From Octopus vulgaris (Eukaryota), in the NCBI GenBank assembly GCA_951406725.2, contig OX597815.1, positions 48,608,001-48,672,000 on the forward strand: a stretch of DNA of 64,000 nt, in the 5' to 3' direction. Below, in pieces: positions 11,179-24,362 of the stretch. Each line of letters opens with the position of its first letter. Position 1 is the stretch's first letter. Position numbers and translations under genes: made by a program. The notes beneath the pieces are model-generated. The model was given only the letters and a program-made list of their open reading frames with translations, was not told the DNA's origin and searched no databases.

Positions 11179-12731
11179 ATTATGAAAATAATAATAACAT
11201 TTTGCATTAAACATTTTCTGATAAAACTATAGTGAATGTGAAAGTGAAACCAACAAAAACAAATTAAGTCAAATTTTAATGATAAATTGTAAATTTGGAA
11301 CTTCTTGACTTTTCTCTAACAAGCCTGCTTTCTTTCAAAGAGGAATTGGTAAAGATATCAAAGACATATTGAAAATGAAATATTTACATTTTTGTAACAT
11401 TCATGCAAGAATTTGTTGAAATATACTACTAAAAGAAGACAAAATAAATAAATAAATAAATAATTAAAATTTATTTTTGCCAAAAAAGTAAAAAAGAATT
11501 ATATAACAACACTTTTTAATGTTTTCTTATTTTTAATAAACATATGGAAAAAATTTTCTAAATATTACACAAAACTCCCCAAAAACAAATACACATACAC
11601 ATGTGTGCACACACACATACACATACACGCACACACACTAGGGTGTTAAATTGTATTAATTCTCCTTCACATTTGGTTCTTGATGTGCCACCTTCTCATC
11701 AAAATTAAACCTACCACCTCCATTTCTATAGCTATAAAAGCAGAAATGGTAAAGAAACAATATGGTATAGAATTATTTATAGGATGAAGAAAATTTCTAC
11801 TTGATATAAATTTTATATAATTTCTGACTTTCTTAGCACCATTTTTGGGGTTGAATTTCGTGCAGCTGTGTGTCATGGCTTATACAAGAATAGATTTGAT
11901 AATCCTTGCAAAATATATTAACAAAAAGCATTACACAAGTAAATAAAACTTAATGTCAAATTAGCTTGCCAAATATTTCCTTCCATCCAGGTAAAAAAAA
12001 AAAAAATTAAAAGCATATAAACAAAAACAAAAACAAAAAATATTTAGTTAAAAGACGAACTGGAAAACAAAAGAAAAAGTATAATATGGAAAATAGCATA
12101 CATAACTTTATTATTCACAGTATTATCATTATTATCATTATTACTATTATTATTCACATCATCATTATTATATATTTGTATTAGTTTTTTAGGTTTTATC
12201 ACTGCTGTTGGTTGTTCTTATAGTTGGTGGCAGTTGTCATGGTGCTTCTGTTGGTAATGGTCGTAATGTTGCTGCTTATGTTGTACCTGTTGTTATTACT
12301 CAATATTTTTTTTAATTAGTTTTTTTTTTGTTGGGTGGGGGGGGGGGTTTACTGAAAAGTTTTAAATAATCAATAAATTTTAAGTGAAGTTTTAATTGTG
12401 TTGAAATACATTTAAGTTTAAATCTATTTAAAACAATCTTTCTAGAGTCTTTCTTTTATATATATGTCTGTATATATTTTTATATGTTATTTTTTTTTAT
12501 TTATTCACAAATGTATATATATATATATATACACACATATATAATATATACATAAATATATATATGTATATATACTCACACACACATACATATATATACT
12601 TATATAATATATACATAGATATATGTATGTATATGTATATGCATATCTGTATGTATGTATGTATGTATGTATGTATGTATGTATCTATGTATCTATGTAT
12701 GCATCTATCTATCTATCTATCTATCTATTTA

Positions 12732-12773
<42 letters not shown>

Positions 12774-13115
12774 CACATATACACATACATACATGCACAC
12801 ATACATGCAATTATTTTTTTTACTTTGTGGTTTCTTCAGTTCAATACCAAACCGTTATCTTTCTCTATACAGCCTTGGAGCAACACATGTGGTACCCATG
12901 ACAAATTCTTTCACCAAAAACTTACCTTCTAACTCCAGCTGAGTCTTGCAATGGCTATAAGCTCTATTTTTAAAGTCATTACAACATGATGATAAAACAA
13001 AGGCAGCGTGTGTGTTACTATGTGTGGATTCAAATATGTCTTATTCCATGTGTTCGAATGTATGCATAAATTAACATCGAAAATGTATTGGAATTTTCAT
13101 CTGCATATATATATT

Positions 13116-13517
13116 TACTTACTCTTTTACTCTTTTATTTGTTTCAGTCATTTGACTGTGGCCATGCTGGAGCACCGCCTTTAGTCAAGCAAATCGACCC
13201 CAGGACTTATTCTTTGTAAGCCTAGTTCTTTCTATCGGTCTCTTTTGCCAAACTGCTAAGTTTCGGGGACGTAAACATACCAGCATCGGTTGTCAAGCGA
13301 TGTTGGGGGAACAAACACAGATACTCAAACATATACACACACATATATATATCCATATATACGACAGGCTTCTTTCAGTCTACCAAATCCACTCACAAAG
13401 CTTTGGTCGACCCGAGGCTATAATAGATGACACTTGCCCAAGGTGCCACACAGTGGGACGACCCGGAACCATGTGGTTGGTAAACAAGCTATTTACCACA
13501 CAGCCACTCCTACGCCT
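13116..13517 (-). mobile_element. Full-length tRNA-derived SINE (family A)
   Basis: Head GGAGTGGCTGTGTGGTAA...GGTTCCGGGT, CORE-like GGCACCTTGGGCAAGTGTC, internal TA/TG microsatellite, (GTAAAAGA)n tail. Confidence 0.88.
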
Positions 13518-13624
13518 TATAAATTTAGACATACATAAACATATTTGTACATAGAAGCATACACAAATACAAAGATACAAATCTTCATTAGCTTTATATA
13601 ACAACACACACATGCACACACAAA

Positions 13625-13930
13625 TTATGCACTGTTGTGGACGTCAGTTGCTGGTGGATGTGAAAGTACTGTTAAAAGTTTAGGAAAAAGAGAACATTTA
13701 TGGTTAATCAAGGCAGAACTTACAGTTCTTGTAACCTGATTATTAATTTTAATTTGTGCCTATCATGATATGTGCATTAGGCTATGTACTTATAGATTTA
13801 CACAAAAACCTAGAAATACTAGATTTTGCAAAAGAAGAGCAAAAGAAACTGACATGCATTCTCAAAATTCATTCTATTAGCAGCACAATGAAGATTTGTA
13901 AGACATTCCAATGATTGTCCATCTGGGATT
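13625..13930 (+). mobile_element. Degenerate C-terminus of an RLE-type (R4-like) non-LTR element
   Basis: EKENIYG...NLQFL.PDY.F.FVPIMICALGYV...KIHSISSTMKICKTFQ; homologous to 22240-22450. Confidence 0.6.
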
Positions 13931-14484
13931 CTTTAGGTTGCTTTGTTAGCGACCGACTTGAACTCTCATAAGGATTGAAGTAAAATGCAAACAAAAATAT
14001 ATACATATATAGATACATACCCACAAACTCTTTCCCATTTGCACAAAATAAGCCCTTTTTATTGCCCTCAATCCTTCTTCTCTCAATGACAAGAAACATT
14101 CTTTAATCTCAGTATATGTGGATGCATACAAGTTCAGCTATATATTTGTGTTTGTGTGTGTGCTGCATGTGTTTGTATGTGTATGCTGCATGTATTGTGT
14201 GTATCTTTATACATACATACATACATACATACATACATACATACATACATACATACATACATACATACATACATACATACATACATACATGCATGCACAT
14301 ACATATATATGTATAAAGAAACTATATAATTTTATAAATATAATTAAGAAATTATAATAAGGGCAACTACCAAGAAATACCACCTACTAGAAGGAGACGC
14401 CAAATGGCTCTAAACTACTTTATTTATCCCACAGACATGGGCTGAAAGCGAGGGAATGGATAAAAGATTTTTTTGAAAAAGTTT

Positions 14485-14877
14485 AGCTTGCTTACCAACC
14501 ACATAGTTCCGGGTTCAGTCCCACTGTGTGGCACCTTGGGCAAGTGTCTTCTGCTATAGCCTAGGGGGCCGACCAAAGCCTTGTGAGTGAGTTTGGTAGA
14601 CAGAAACTGAAAGAAGCCCATCGTATATATGTATATACATATATATGTCTGTGTTTGTGTGTCTGTGCTTGTCCCCCCCCCCCCAACATCACTTGACAAC
14701 TGATGCTGGTGTGTTTACGTCCATGTAACTTAGCAGTTCGGCAAAAGAGACTGATAGAATAAGTACTAGGCTTATAAAGAATAAGTCCTGGGTCGATTTC
14801 CTTGACAAATGGTGGTGCTCCAGCATGGACGCAGTCAAATGACTGAAGCAAGTAAAAGAGTAAAAGAGTAAAGAGTA
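14485..14877 (+). mobile_element. Family A SINE
   Basis: Same consensus as 13116-13517 in the opposite orientation. Confidence 0.88.
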
Positions 14878-15499
14878 TATACCCATGCTAGTGCCATGTA
14901 AAACTACCCAGTAAAGTGGTTGACATTAAGAAGGACATCAAGCCATAGAGACTATCCCACAACAGACAAATAGAACCTAGACAGCACTCCAGCTGACCAA
15001 CTCCTGTCAAGCATGGAGAATGGATATTAAATGATGATGATGGTGATGATATACGTGTATATATATTTTGCTTTTGCATTTGGTTTGCAAGATTCTTGGA
15101 GTGAACTCATCATGAATAATGTCAAAAGGACCTTGGCAAACACAATTGATTAACTGAATGATTAATAAAACAATTGATTAGTTATTAGGTTTAATAAGTA
15201 ACCAATTGATAAATAATAAAGTGAGTACATGAGTTTATTATTGTTATAATGGCCCTCCCTGAAGACAGCAAATTATAGATATATGTACATGCAACTGGTA
15301 CCTACAATTCCACATGATGTGCTTTTGGTATGTGCTACATGTGTTTGATGGGAGAAGTCTTTATTAAGTGAGATATCGCTTGATATATATACATGGTATC
15401 AACGTTTATCAAGAAAGATGACTCTAGGATAATCCAAGTGATTTACTCTTCGCTTTAGAAGATTTATTACCCACTTTCCTCTCATATTCAGACTACATG

Positions 15500-15650
15500 G
15501 TAAGCATGAAAGCACCTCCAGTCAATTCAAACCAAACCAACAAGGCTATCAACTCTGACAATGTCCCTTCTTATTATCCTCAATGCATCTCAGAACTAAG
15601 CCTTATTCTTGCCAAACTCTTCTATCTCTTTCTCCTTCTCTTTTCCATCC
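15500..15650 (+). mobile_element. Short CR1/Jockey-like LINE fragment (pre-RT region)
   Basis: NKAINSDNVPSYYPQCISELSLILAKLFYL resembles the KA.GPD.IP...LK.C..EL...L..LF motif. Confidence 0.5.
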
Positions 15651-16599
15651 TCTGTCTTTCTCTTTCCAAGGGCATATCTCTATCTTTGTTGGGTTGTACT
15701 TGGAAATATTCTTTAGTTAATTTAATTTTTTTAGGAAACTGTTTGAGTGACTTATAAATCTCATTCTTTATAGAAGGTTTATTAAGTCTGTTTCAATCTC
15801 TTGGGTTTTGCATGAAGTGATGAAGTGGAGGTTTTCATTTGTTCTGGAACCAAACTTGTTTGCCTCTGTGTGCATGTTAGTGATGCTTTTGTCAACAAAA
15901 ATACATCTCATTTTTTTTATTAAACTTCCACATTTCTCTTCTTGTTACTTTGTATACAACTTTTTGATAGCATTGTGATATTTTCAGAAGTGAGTGACGA
16001 GTTATCTTTCCATTTTAAGATTCATTTCTTTTTAGCATAGCAGTGCTTTAATAAATAGGGGTCATGTTATACAACTTCATTGTTTCTGCTATTTATGTTT
16101 TTACATAGAGTTTCACATGACATTTTACATTTGCCTGTATACAAGATGCACTCTCACGTACAACACATCCCTATTTCTTCCAAGAATATTTTGTGGAAAA
16201 ATCAAATTTAATATATTTGATCATAAATTTATTGAAATATATCTTTAAGTAGTTTTGTGGTGGGGAAATGTATGGCTTTGTACATGTATACACCATGCTG
16301 TGACTGTATACTGGAGTGAAGTACAAAAACATAAATTTGTCAGAAATAAACTGTTATAAGAGTGCCGTATTTCAACTTCTTTCAGATCTTATTTCAGATC
16401 AACTGTATAGCAAAATAAAATATTTTAATTTAAATTATAACATTTAAATATAAAGAAACATGGGAAAAGAGAGATAAGAAAGGAAATTAAAGAAAAGAAA
16501 AAAAAGTGCTGGATAGGTAAAGCAGCAGAAGATGGAGGGGAGGGGTATGTTAAGCCATGCCCTGTGGTAATGACCACAATGCAGTGGAGGATGGCCAAG

Positions 16600-17060
16600 A
16601 CAATGAGGAGGGCTTTTTGTCAGACTTATCCCACAGGGTGAAATATAGGTCCATCACTATGATCCTGAGGTTAAAGTCCAGTCAAAGCAATGGATGCATG
16701 ATAACTCACCACCTCGAAAGAAGGCTCATGTCCAACCCTCAGTGGTCTTTTGGGACTAGCATAGAGTAGTGATGATGGATTTTTCTGGCAAAGGGCACAC
16801 AATTAACAAGGCATATTATGCTTCTCTGCTGCAGAAATTGCAGGATGCCATCAAAGCAGAGAGGCATAGCATGCTGACCAAAGACAACACCCCAGTTCAT
16901 AATGCACATGTTGCCTAGATGAAAGTACACTCCTGCAGCTATGAAATTCTCCTGATTTCCACTTCTTTCCAACCATGAATTCTTTTTCGAAGGGAAAGCA
17001 CTTTTGGGTTGATAATGACCTTATTTCCAAGGTAAAGTCTTGGCTCCAGATGCAACCTAC
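16600..17060 (+). mobile_element. Mariner transposase catalytic-domain remnant
   Basis: VHHYDPEVKVQSKQW, VVFWD, INKAYYASLLQKLQDAIK, DNTPVH, DFHFFP, with stops and deletions. Confidence 0.8.
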
Positions 17061-17061
17061 G

Positions 17062-17350
17062 GACCAAATCCTTGTAAGTGGATTTGGTAGTTAGAAACTG
17101 AAAGAAGCCCATTTTGTGTGTGTGTGTGTGTGTGTATCTGAGTTTGTTCCCCATGACCACTTGACAACCAGTATTGGTGTGTTTAAATCGTGGGAAGTTA
17201 GCAGTTCAGCAAAAAAGACCAATAGAATCAGTACCAAGCCTAAAAAAAAAAAGATACTGCTGCCAATTCATTCAATTAAAAAATCCTTCAAAATGGTGTC
17301 CAGCATGGCTGCAGACTAATTACTGAAACAAACAAAAGATAAAAGAAAAG
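17062..17350 (+). mobile_element. 5'-truncated family A SINE
   Basis: GGATTTGGTAG...GAAACTGAAAGAAGCCC through CCAGCATGGC...AAAAGATAAAAGA. Confidence 0.8.
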
Positions 17351-17506
17351 AATATATATATACATGTGTGTACACACACACATATATATATATATAGTAT
17401 GATTTTGCTTAGGTCTAACAACACTAAAAGCTAGTTGTTAGGACTCAGTGTGCTCCTGCTTTAGAGTGAAGCATCTTGTGAATTCAGATGTTACTCAAGT
17501 AACATA

Positions 17507-17582
<76 letters not shown>

Positions 17583-18243
17583 GTGTTATGTACACATACA
17601 CATTCACATGTATGTTTTTATATTCATTTATGCAAAACTACACACAAAATATTCTCTCTCATTTAAACACACACCCTTCCTTAACCCTACTCAACAATTT
17701 GTGTATTTTTATTCCATTATTTTCCTGTCCCCCTATCTAAATTCACTCGTATGTTTGACGCCTAATACCTCATTCTATCTATAACTCACTTTAACATTTT
17801 CCCCTCTTCCTCAACTTTCTTACCCCTTCCATCTCAAATTAAACCGATTCTTGCAAATATAATTACATACTGACATATTCTTATACAATCACATGCTCTT
17901 GTTAACTGCTGCATCAATGAGTATCTTTCAGCCTCATCTCTTAGGTACATCCAAGAAAAAAAAATTGATGAACTGAAAAACAGCTTTGCTGTTTTCTAGA
18001 TGAAAAATCTTGCAAGTCACAAGTCAACTTTAAAATATAAAATAACACACTGCCCTTAAATATGGTCATTAATTTTTTATTTGCTGGGCACACTTATGCA
18101 TATAATGCCACTATCCTTTGTGGAACTATATGCATATGAATGCAGGAGTTTAAAAAGAGAGATACACAAAAGTGGGCACATTGAGTGTGTTTACATGGAA
18201 GGCTGCGAATACAAAAAAATAAAATGAATCATGTAATAGTCTT

Positions 18244-18389
18244 ATCTTTACAGCTGTTTCGGATGAACAATGACCAATGCCATAACCATGAATATTATGT
18301 AATAAACTCTCATAATATCATAGGTGTATGGAATAACATGGATTTTTAGAGATCCGTGAAGTGAAATGATGTTATTGTCATCAGAAGAT
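18244..18389 (-). ncRNA. Degenerate type I hammerhead motif with long helix II insert
   Basis: AUCUU-CUGAUGA-CAAU...AUUGUUCAUCC-GAAAC-AGCU-GUA-AAGAU. Perfect 5-bp helix I and intact core; the 5' strand of helix II appears partly deleted. Confidence 0.65.
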
Positions 18390-19238
18390 TCTGCTGAATA
18401 CGCATATATATAGATATATATATATATAAATATATATATACATATGTGTGTGTATCTCTGTATGTGTTATGTATGTATGCACATGTATGTTTACGTACAT
18501 ACATATGCATTTGTACACATATACATGCACACACACATAAATGTATGTATATGCATATACACATTATACCCACACAGTCTCCAACACATGCATGCACACA
18601 CACACACGCACACATACATATATGCATATATTTTAATGTAAGTATGTGTCTGCACACACGTACATGTTCCTGTGCATATCATCTCTGTCTATAAGCCAAA
18701 CGCACATTACCAGTTGACTAAATGAAAAGACAGCCACAAGAACAAAAATAAGATAAAACAAGAAAAGACATTAAAACAAACAAAAACAGAATATATCAAG
18801 TTAAAAACAAAAAGAGAAAAATTTCAGAGATTTGATATTTCGTCATGAGGGCAAAAAAAAAAAAAGAAAAAAGAAAAGAAACGACAACCAACCTATTTAG
18901 TGCTACCTCTGAAGATTTCTCATCTCATTAGCATGCAAACCCTTAACATTGTTCAACAGAGAGCTTCAACAATGCTGAAAGCTTTATTGCTCTTACTGTC
19001 AAAGTGAAGGTATCACATAGAATTCGTTTACCAATTATATTTGCATTTCCGTATCATCTTTTCAACAGGCACTGGTGCACATGACTTATGAAAGTGGAAT
19101 GGTTCGCTGAGGATGTAGCGTCTTTGAGCCAATAAACTACTCATTTTTTTGGTTTATCTTTTTCTTTTTTTGGTTTTGGTACATATTTGTCTGTCTGTGT
19201 TTGTGTGTGTGTGCATGTATATGTCAATGCTTGCACAT

Positions 19239-19278
<40 letters not shown>

Positions 19279-19319
19279 CACACACGTGCACATACACACA
19301 TATATATACATACATGTGA

Positions 19320-19378
<59 letters not shown>

Positions 19379-19757
19379 TGTAGTAAGGGTATGTGTGTGT
19401 ATACATATATATATGTGGAAATATTTATATGTACGTGTGCATCTGTACATGGGTAAATGTACGACTGTTTGTGAGCGAGTATGTTTGCGTGCGAGTCTAT
19501 GACAATGTGTATATATGTTAATGTATGAGTAATTTCAAATATATGTCTATATTTGTGTGAGTGTAAAATGTCTTTAAATGTCTAAATGTGTGAGCTTATA
19601 TGTATGTGTTTGCATAATACTGAGGACAGTATACAAAATGTGATAGTAAGGGTGTGTATTCCTGCATATGTGCATTATAGTTTTGTCTGGGTATGAATGT
19701 ATGGGTGCATGGAGACACATAGATGTATATGTATACCTGTGCATATATATATACATA

Positions 19758-19793
<36 letters not shown>

Positions 19794-20034
19794 TGCATTA
19801 TTACATAAAAACACACGCATATATTTGATTTTCATGATATATTTTTACATTAATCTTAATCTTATTTGGCCGAAATAAGATTATTAATGTATAAATATCA
19901 CTGAAGCAAAATAACACCAAATATATAGTGCGTGTGTTTTATTGGCTAAACTGGCAATATGACCATTCAAATATAACAATATCTGTTTCAACACACGACT
20001 TCACATAAAAATCTTGCACAACAAATATTTAAAC

Positions 20035-20083
<49 letters not shown>

Positions 20084-20439
20084 AGTATGTATCTATTTAT
20101 GTATGTATGCATATATACTATAGCACATAAATGTATGTATAAGGAAAATGTGTACATATGAGTAAGCGTGCATACAGAGAGGAATGGAGACAGATAGAGA
20201 GAGAGAAAGAGAGTAGTTAGTTGACCTCATCAGAATGCAAAAAGTACTCACATTGTATTGTTTATATTATTGGTTCCCTTAATGGGTAGACAAATGTGTT
20301 TGATACATGATAGGTAGAAAGCATTATAGTACTGAAATATAAGAATTAGGGTTAGTAAGAAAGATTGACAATTTGTACTTATGTGTGTGTCATAGGCATT
20401 AATATTGGCCCCAGAATTCAATGTCAGTTAAGTTTTGGA

Positions 20440-20650
20440 CTGTTCTCTGACAGGTTTATGGTTGAACCAGTGGCAGTGGAGACCTTTGGTGTTCTTGGTC
20501 CCCACTGTCCATATCCCTGTTCACTGCTATTGGGATGGAGATGGCTATCTGCAAGTGCGAGCTCTGTGAGTCAGAGGAACTGTTTCAGCATGTCTCCCTC
20601 ACCATCCTCTGGGGGCAATGCCTTTTTCATTTAGTCTGCTGGGACCATGA
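20440..20650 (+). mobile_element. C-terminal fragment of a CRE-like non-LTR retrotransposon
   Basis: DRFMVEPVAVETFGVLGP then, after a frameshift, ESEELFQHVSLTIL.GNAFFI; matches the CRE-type PVAVET.G..G...LFQR.S..I.RGNA pattern. Confidence 0.7.
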
Positions 20651-20888
20651 AGCAGTATAAATTACAAAATAACAGCTACAACATTTGTATATAGTTAAAA
20701 GAAAGAAAAGGAAGAGGAGGAGGGGGATGCAGTGGATGCAATCACCATGGTGAAACATATGCAGGGAACAATTGATATAAATTGCATCTTGTATTTATCG
20801 AAATTTCTCTCTCTCGTACACACATGCACACACATATTCAGAATGAAAATGTAGAAGCAATTTAAGATATGTAAATGAGTTATTGTGC

Positions 20889-21140
20889 AGGCGCATGGCT
20901 TAATGGTTAGGGTGTCAGCATCATGATCGTAATATTGTGGTTTCGACTCCTGAACCGGGCGATGCATTATGTTCTTGTACAAAACACTTCATTTCATGTT
21001 GCTCCAGTCCACTCAGCTGGCAAAAATGAGTAATGCTGTGATGGACTGGCGTCCCGTCCAGCTGGGGAACACATATGCCATTGAAACCGGGAAACCGGGT
21101 CCGTGAGTCTGGCTAGGCTTTAAAAGGGTGCATTTATTTT
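20889..21140 (+). mobile_element. tRNA-derived SINE with V-domain-like segment
   Basis: A box TGGCTTAATGG, B box GGTTTCGACTCC, family C middle, then TGTGATGGACTGGCGTCCCGTCCAG and GAAACCGGGAAACCGGG, (TTTA) tail. Confidence 0.75.
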
Positions 21141-21298
21141 ATTTTTTTAAATGAGTTATTATTGACAATGTGTCTTGTAATGAATTATAATAGGTTATAA
21201 TGACATTGGGTTAATAACCAACTAACTAGCCACCCACCCACTTATTCATCAATCCACCCACCCATACACACATGCATACATACATATGTACATACATA

Positions 21299-22216
21299 TT
21301 GGGTCATCCCATAAATAATGTGTTTTTTTTTATACTCTTTTATTTTTCAAAATTAAGATAAACAAAGTTCGTTTTTAATCTGTAGATTAAATCTCCTTCA
21401 TTTTCTATGATGTTCTATCTAGTAGACATGCAAAGCTCCTCTTCCAAAATTCACTTGTCCACAAGGAAAAATACTCCTCCAGTACTGTTCTGACCTCGTC
21501 TATAGAATCCATATTTTCTCTGTCCAAATGATTTTGAAGACTGTGGAATAAATGATAATCAGATTGGGCAATGTCCAGCAAATATGATGGGTGGGGCATC
21601 GTTTCCCATTCAAACTGTTCCAGCCTTTGGAATGTCATCCTTACTGTATGTGGCTGAGCATTATCCTAATGGAAGAACACCTTTTGTCTTGAAACCAAAG
21701 ATGATCGTTTTTCTTCTAACACAGGGGTCGATGAATGTTTGAATGACCAAATCCAAGCTTCTCTGCTTGTTCCTCAACAGTTACAATGGGATTTTGTTCC
21801 ACTAGGGTTTGCAGGACGTCCTCATCGAGCTCAATAGATCTTCCAGGATGAGGGTCGTCTTCTCAGCTGTTGTTTCCAGCTCAAAATTTCTGGAACCACC
21901 GTTGACACTGGCTTACGTTTATTGTCTAATTCCCATATACTACATTAATATTCCTCACACTTTCCATCGTGTTGTTGCCTTTATTGAACTCATAAAGCAA
22001 AACATGCTGAATATGCTTCTTTGCCACTTCCATTATAGCTTTGAAAAAGTAACTGCTAAAATCGAACAGCACTTTTCAAAACTTGTACTAAGAATAAGAA
22101 CAAAGTAAAATTACTACCTGCTTTTATAGCAAGCTGATGCAGGAAGTTTATCCCATCCTCCTCTGACTTTTAGTTCATGCAATTGAAAAAACTGCATCAT
22201 TTCTGAGATTACCTAA
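21299..22216 (-). mobile_element. Internally deleted mariner element with both TIRs and TA target duplication
   Basis: Left TA-TTGGGTCATCCCATAAATAATG matches the reverse complement of the right end (TA-TTAGGTAATCTCAGAAATGATG). Transposase pieces MEVAKKHIQHVLLYEFNKG, CQRWFQKF, DNAQPHT, HPSYLLDIAQSDYHLF. Confidence 0.92.
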
Positions 22217-22239
22217 TACATAATACATACATACAAAGT

Positions 22240-22450
22240 CCAGAAAAAGGAGAACATTTATGGTGAATTAATGCAGAACTTAGATCTTTTTTGTATTCTG
22301 ACAATGAATTCTCATTTTTACCTGTGATGATGAACCAACAAATTTTTTCTCAAAAACCTAGCATAAGAAACTGATGCAGATTCTCCAAATCCGAACTATT
22401 AGTGGTACAGTGAAGATTTCTGAGATATTCCAAAAATTCTCCCTCTGAGA
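22240..22450 (+). mobile_element. Second copy of the RLE-type non-LTR 3' fragment
   Basis: Colinear similarity to 13684-13930 (GAGAACATTTATGGT...GCAGAACTTA...TGAAGATTT). Confidence 0.55.
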
Positions 22451-22620
22451 TTCTACTATGAATAGATGCATACACTTGGGTGTGTGCATTGACTGTTCAA
22501 CCAACACAACCACATATTTACAAGCACCAAGAACTCTCTTAACTCATAAAGTTTTGTTTCTTTGTTAGTGACAGGCTTTAATCCTCTTAAGAAGAACTTA
22601 AATAAAACTCAAAGAAAAAT

Positions 22621-23940
22621 CATGTGGCTGCCTGGTAAGAAGCTTGCTTCCCAACCACATGGTTCCAGGTTCAGTCCCACTGCATGGAACCTTGGGCAAG
22701 CGTCTTCTACTATAGGCTCAGGCCAACCAAAGCCTTGTGAATAGATTTAGTAGACGGAAACTAAAAGAAGCCCATCATATATATGTATATATATATATAT
22801 ATCATCATTCATTTAGCGTCCGTTTTCCATGCTAGCATGGGTTGGACGGTTCAACTGGGGTCTGGGGAGCCCAAAGGCTGCACCAGGCCAGTCAGATCTG
22901 GCAGTGTTTCTACAGCTGGATGCCCTTCCTAACGCCAACCACTCCGAGAGTGTAGTGGGTGATTTTATGTGCCACCGACACAGGTGCCAGACGAGGCTGG
23001 TGAACGGCCACGCTCGGATGGTGTTTTTTATGTGCCACCGACACAGGTGCCAGATGAGGCTGGCGAACGGCCATGATCGGATGGTGTTTGTTACGTGCCC
23101 GCAGCATGGAGGCCAGTCGATGCGGTACTGGCTACGGCCACGTTCGGATGGTTTTCTTGTGTGCCACCGGCACTGGTACCACAAAGATACAAATTCCATT
23201 GATGTTCATCTATTTTGATTTGTTTTGATTGATTTTCACTTGCCTCAACAGGTCTTCACAAGTGTCACAAGAAGGAAGGTATGCACAGGTGGACTGACTA
23301 TGTCCCAGGTAGGGGCCATGGGTTATGGCCTGACTAGTCTTGCCGGGTCTTCGGATGGTGTTTTTATGTGCCAACGACACAGGTACCAGATGAGGCTGGC
23401 AAACGGTCACGATCGGATGGTGTTTGTTACTTGCCCATAGCACGGAGACCAGTCGATGCAGTACTGGCTACGGCCACGTTCGGATAGTTTTCTTGTGTGC
23501 CACCGGCACTGGTACCACAAAGATACAAATTCCATTGATGTTCATCTATTTTGATTTGTTTTGATTTGATTTGATTTGATTTTCACTTGCCTCAACAGGT
23601 CTTCACAAGTGTCACAAGAAGGAAGGTATGCACAGGTGGACTGACTACGTCCCAGGTAGGGGCCACGGGTTATGGCCTGACTAGTCTTGCCGGGTCTTCG
23701 GATGGTGTTTTTATGTGCCACCGACACAGGTGCCAGATGAGGCTGGCGGCAAACGGCCACGATCGGATGGTGTTTGTTACTTGCCCATAGCACGGAGGCC
23801 AGTCGATGCGGTACTGGCTACCGCCACGTTTGGATGGTTTTCTTGTGTGCCACCGGCACTGGTACCACAAAGATACAAATTCCATTGATGTTCATCTATT
23901 TTGATTTGTTTTGATTTGATTTTCACTATGTCTATCTATC

Positions 23941-24001
<61 letters not shown>

Positions 24002-24230
24002 ATATATATATAATATATAATATATATATATGTTTGTGTGTATTTGTACCCCACACCATCGCTTGACAACCAATATTGGTGTGTTTCTGTTTCTGTAACA
24101 TAGCAGTTTGACAAAAGTGACTGATGGAATAAGTACTAGGCTTACAAAGAATAAGTCCTGGAATCGATCTTTTTGACAAAAGACAGTATTCCAGCATGGC
24201 CACATTGAAATGACTGAAATAAGTAAAAGA
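22621..24230 (+). mobile_element. Family A SINE split by a nested insertion
   Basis: 5' half at 22621-22800 and 3' half at about 24030-24230. Confidence 0.8.
22802..23926 (-). mobile_element. Family B SINE-like retroposon with (GAT)n tail and a ~340-bp internal unit repeated about 2.7 times
   Basis: Conserved GGCGTTAGGAAGGGCATCCAGC on the minus strand; units start at 23015, 23352 and 23699. Confidence 0.85.
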
Positions 24231-24284
24231 ATACATACATACACACATTCTATCATTCATTCATTCATTCATTCATAAAGGAGA

Positions 24285-24362
24285 AAAGTTGCCTGTGGAA
24301 TATGAACCATGCATCATCTGTAATCCAAAGAGATATGTTGCCAGTTGCACCAAAGTAGCCGC
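24285..24362 (-). pseudogene. Degenerate tRNA-like sequence or isolated SINE head
   Basis: Minus strand has an A-box-like TGGTGCAACTGG and a B-box-like GGTTCATATTCC at tRNA spacing; the cloverleaf is not intact. Confidence 0.35.

Noticed and set aside
15251-15290. CCCTCC-CTGAAGA, a possible hammerhead 5' half
   Set aside because: No downstream GAAA or helix I partner is present.
22813-23885. GC-rich ORFs such as MLAWVGRFNWGLG, recurring at 34216-34733, 41540, 56792 and 57533
   Set aside because: They are chance frames in a multicopy SINE-like repeat, open on both strands and not frame-conserved.
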